DNA of 57,972 nucleotides from a virus (Duplodnaviria; Caudoviricetes): IMG/VR virus record IMGVR_UViG_3300031227_000047, positions 1 to 57,972 of that record; one strand, 5' to 3'. Shown piece by piece: positions 55,327 to 57,972 of this stretch (position 1 is its first letter; each line of letters starts with the position of its first letter). The notes under the pieces were generated by a model. It saw only the letters and a program-made list of their open reading frames with translations, ran no database searches and was not told where the DNA came from. The position numbers and the translations under genes were made by a program.

Positions 55327-55701
55327 ATGATTAGGGCTAGACATACATTTGAGCAACAGTTTATAGATACTGCTCAAATTGGAACTGAAACAGGAAGAGG
55401 TTTTGGTTCTAATCCCACTGCAAATTCTTGGGCTTATGATTCTGTAAATACGGTTGCTTGTAAAGTGGATGATTCAAAATCTAGAGAGGCAAAAGATGGA
55501 ACTGAGGTTTCTCTTACAGATGCTTTAATTTATTTTCCCTCTGATTCTACGGTAACAGGAAAAAACAGGATCAAGATCACACATCGTTACAGAGAAGCCC
55601 TAGGAACCGCCCAAATTTACGCTGTAATGGGAGATCCTAAAGATGCAAGGTGTGGATTAGTCCTACCTTGCAAGCTCGTTACAGGGGAATCTGTCCTATG
55701 A
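55327..55701 (+). CDS. head closure protein
   Basis: Position and size, beta-rich. Confidence 0.65.
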   Translation: MIRARHTFEQQFIDTAQIGTETGRGFGSNPTANSWAYDSVNTVACKVDDSKSREAKDGTEVSLTDALIYFPSDSTVTGKNRIKITHRYREALGTAQIYAVMGDPKDARCGLVLPCKLVTGESVL

Positions 55702-56033
55702 TGAAAATGAAAGTAAAAACACCGGAACAAATAGTGGATGAGGTTTTGTCTCATGTAGATAAAGCGATGTTTGATGCTTTTCCTGGAACTATGGTGGAAG
55801 TAGCAAAAGAAAAAAGTCCATTTTTGACAGGGAATAATATGAATTCCATTTGGTTTAAGAAAATGAAGAACTTAGCCAAAGGAATTATTGGATATATGAT
55901 AGGAACGGAAAGCGGATATGGAGCTTGGTTGGAGTTAGGCAGTTCAAATAGGGCTCCACGTCCATACTTCGCTCCAGGGTATCAAGTTGGGCATAACGAT
56001 TTTATGGCTTTGTTAAAAAGTTGGAAGAGATAG
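55698..56033 (+). CDS. HK97 gp10-like tail completion protein
   Basis: AK..SP..TG....SI, YG.WLELGS...APRPYF.P. Confidence 0.8.
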   Translation: MMKMKVKTPEQIVDEVLSHVDKAMFDAFPGTMVEVAKEKSPFLTGNNMNSIWFKKMKNLAKGIIGYMIGTESGYGAWLELGSSNRAPRPYFAPGYQVGHNDFMALLKSWKR

Positions 56034-56426
56034 ATGAAAGATTCTGTCAGAATTTTAGCTGAGTGGGCCGAAGTAACAGGAACCACCCTAAATACTTTGA
56101 TTGGTTCCAATGTTATGCGAGACCGACTTATTTCTTCTTTCAAAAATACAGTAAAAGCAATTTTGATTTTTAGGGGTGCTACTGGAACTGAGTATAAACC
56201 GGATATTGAAAATGGACGTTTTTATGTCAGTTGTTTTGGTGGTTCGGATGATATGAGAGATGCGGAAGAGGTGTACAGAGCCGTTGTAGAACGGTTCCAT
56301 GATAAAAGTGGAGACACAACTACAGGAGGAATCGTGGTATGTGAATTAGAGACGGCTTCCCCAATGTGGGATCCTGAAGAAGGTTGGCCAAGTATGGTTT
56401 GTATATTTAGAGTTTTGACAAAATAG
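56034..56426 (+). CDS. tail terminator protein
   Basis: Position before major tail protein, size. Confidence 0.6.
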   Translation: MKDSVRILAEWAEVTGTTLNTLIGSNVMRDRLISSFKNTVKAILIFRGATGTEYKPDIENGRFYVSCFGGSDDMRDAEEVYRAVVERFHDKSGDTTTGGIVVCELETASPMWDPEEGWPSMVCIFRVLTK

Positions 56427-56443
56427 AAAAGGAGAATTTAGTT

Positions 56444-57007
56444 ATGGTATGGCAAACAGAAATTGAGACAGGGCGAGTAGTTGGAATCGCCTTTGCAGAT
56501 GAAGAGACAGTGGCTCCGGTTACTTTACCTAATACAGGTAGTTCCCTTGACTGGACAGCAATTGCCAGTGGAGAGAATTGTTTTGGATGGACAATAAATC
56601 CTTTCGAGTTGACAGCGGATGACTTGGAATTTGAAGACAATGAAGGAAATCCGATCATTGTCAAACCCCCGAAAGCTCAAAAGAAACGCGCCATTATCCG
56701 GGATGAAGTGGATTCACCGGATAAGGTAACTTTCACTTCGTTTGAAATCGGAGCAAAAGTTTTGGCGTGGGCTACGAATGTCACTATTGCTGGGGCAGTT
56801 GCTACGAAGTCCCCAACTTTCACACGTAAGGCTCTTATTGTAGAGATCGCTGGCTTAGGACTTCACTGGTTTCCAAGCGTTGAAATCAGGGTTGCAACTT
56901 CCAAGGCTGGTCTTAAAACTATAGGAACTCAAGTTGTAATTGCAGATGTTTTCGGAACGGATACGTATCCGACCGGACATACCTGGAATCAGTATGAAGA
57001 TGTGTAA
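56444..57007 (+). CDS. major tail protein
   Basis: AAGGAG RBS; LDW.....G motif; upstream of chaperone and TMP. Confidence 0.7.
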   Translation: MVWQTEIETGRVVGIAFADEETVAPVTLPNTGSSLDWTAIASGENCFGWTINPFELTADDLEFEDNEGNPIIVKPPKAQKKRAIIRDEVDSPDKVTFTSFEIGAKVLAWATNVTIAGAVATKSPTFTRKALIVEIAGLGLHWFPSVEIRVATSKAGLKTIGTQVVIADVFGTDTYPTGHTWNQYEDV

Positions 57008-57037
57008 AAATCCCAATGGAGAGGACAATTTTTAATT

Positions 57038-57535
57038 ATGAATGACGAAACATTTCCAGAAACAGTAGCACAAGGCCCTTTATTTACGGAGTTTAAATTG
57101 GGCTCTGTTCATTTTAAATTTACAGAGCCAGAAGGACAACGTGAAGGGAGAAGGGCCTTGTCTGTAATGGCAAGTGCGGCGGAAAAGTATACGAAGTGGA
57201 TAAAATGGGAGAATGGTGAAGGTGAAATGACCGATCCTCCCATGTCTGAAAGTTTGGGCATGATAGATGATTTCCTTGATGCTCTTTTTGTAGTTTTGAA
57301 AGTGAATAAAAAAATGCAAAAGGTAATCGAGGATTCCGCTAAAGGGCCAAACATCACGGCTGTATTCACGGAGGTTACTCAAATGCTTCGCCGCCCTTTA
57401 TTTGGTTCGAGTCCAACTACGGAAGTGGAGCCGGAAGAGGTCACGGAAACTCCAGTAGAGGAGCCGGAAACTCAGGAGCCGGTGGCGGAAATTCTGGAAG
57501 AAACCTTGGAATCAGAACCAGAGCCGATTACTTAG
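57038..57535 (+). CDS. tail assembly chaperone (G)
   Basis: Between major tail protein and TMP; contains slippery site. Confidence 0.75.
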   Translation: MNDETFPETVAQGPLFTEFKLGSVHFKFTEPEGQREGRRALSVMASAAEKYTKWIKWENGEGEMTDPPMSESLGMIDDFLDALFVVLKVNKKMQKVIEDSAKGPNITAVFTEVTQMLRRPLFGSSPTTEVEPEEVTETPVEEPETQEPVAEILEETLESEPEPIT

Positions 57536-57729
57536 CTTACTGGAAAGGAATGGACAGTGTCATGCAGAGGTGGCATGTTCCATTTCATGTAATCGAGAAC
57601 GAATGGACTGTGAGCCAATGGGTTTGTTTAATGGCGGCTACGATAGAAAACGAGAATGAAAAGCAGAGAGAATCAAGTGGAAAAAAGACTATGGGACTTG
57701 AAGCTTTTACTTCCCGTTATATGAAATAA
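57038..57729 (+). CDS. tail assembly chaperone GT, -1 frameshift product
   Basis: C CCT TTA at 57394-57400 in phase; -1 frame open 57310-57729. Confidence 0.7.
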
Positions 57730-57740
57730 GTAGGTGAATT

Positions 57741-57972
57741 ATGGGCGGACCTGGAAGCGGTAGAAGAGCCGGTGGGGGAGGTGGAGCAGCAGCATTAGCT
57801 GGTGATATTCTTTATATAATCAAGGCAGACGCGACAAAATTATATGCTTCAATAACGACAGCCGAAACCAAATTCAAAGGCTTGTCTACCTTAATGCAGA
57901 CCCATGCTAAGAAGATTTCCTATGCTATGACTGGTATTGGGGTCGCTATTACTGGAGCTATGGCTTTGTCTA
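57741..57972 (+). CDS. tape measure protein, N-terminus (3'-truncated)
   Basis: Follows chaperone; AGDILYIIKADAT...GIGVAITG pattern; open to window end. Confidence 0.7.
   Translation, partial: MGGPGSGRRAGGGGGAAALAGDILYIIKADATKLYASITTAETKFKGLSTLMQTHAKKISYAMTGIGVAITGAMALS

Noticed and set aside
1-57972. Stop-codon reassignment, integrase/att sites, tRNAs, reverse transcriptase/DGR
   Set aside because: Conserved genes are intact under the standard code with high coding density; no such motifs were recognised by eye, and the part of the genome outside the window is unseen

Overview
Most of a tailed-phage genome (siphovirus-like, circularly permuted in this window), with every credible gene on the + strand. 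Gene order: end of the tail/fibre genes, then lysis, an early array of small genes, an SNF2 helicase, a sigma-like factor and a C5 methyltransferase. Next is a large replication/recombination block: primase, lambda-O-like initiator with internal iterons, DnaC-like loader, DnaB-like helicase, beta-clamp, split UDG-exo/PolA, clamp loader, UvsY, SSB, RecA, FEN, Holliday junction resolvase and split SbcC around SbcD. A mosaic accessory region follows, then terminase, portal and head genes, a glycosyltransferase-methyltransferase pair, and head-tail and tail genes up to the start of the tape measure. No integrase, tRNA, rRNA or CRISPR array was seen. Main observations: (1) a two-subunit, overlapping-frame C5 MTase in which one G8 tract frameshifts both subunits at once; (2) a structured attenuator/C4-like leader upstream of the replication initiator; (3) a three-domain glycosyltransferase plus methyltransferase inside the virion operon; (4) three copies of a back-to-back promoter module heading repeat-delimited mini-gene cassettes; (5) repeated gene gain through duplicated RBS/stop-start junctions. 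All functional calls come from motif recognition by eye; no database searches were run.
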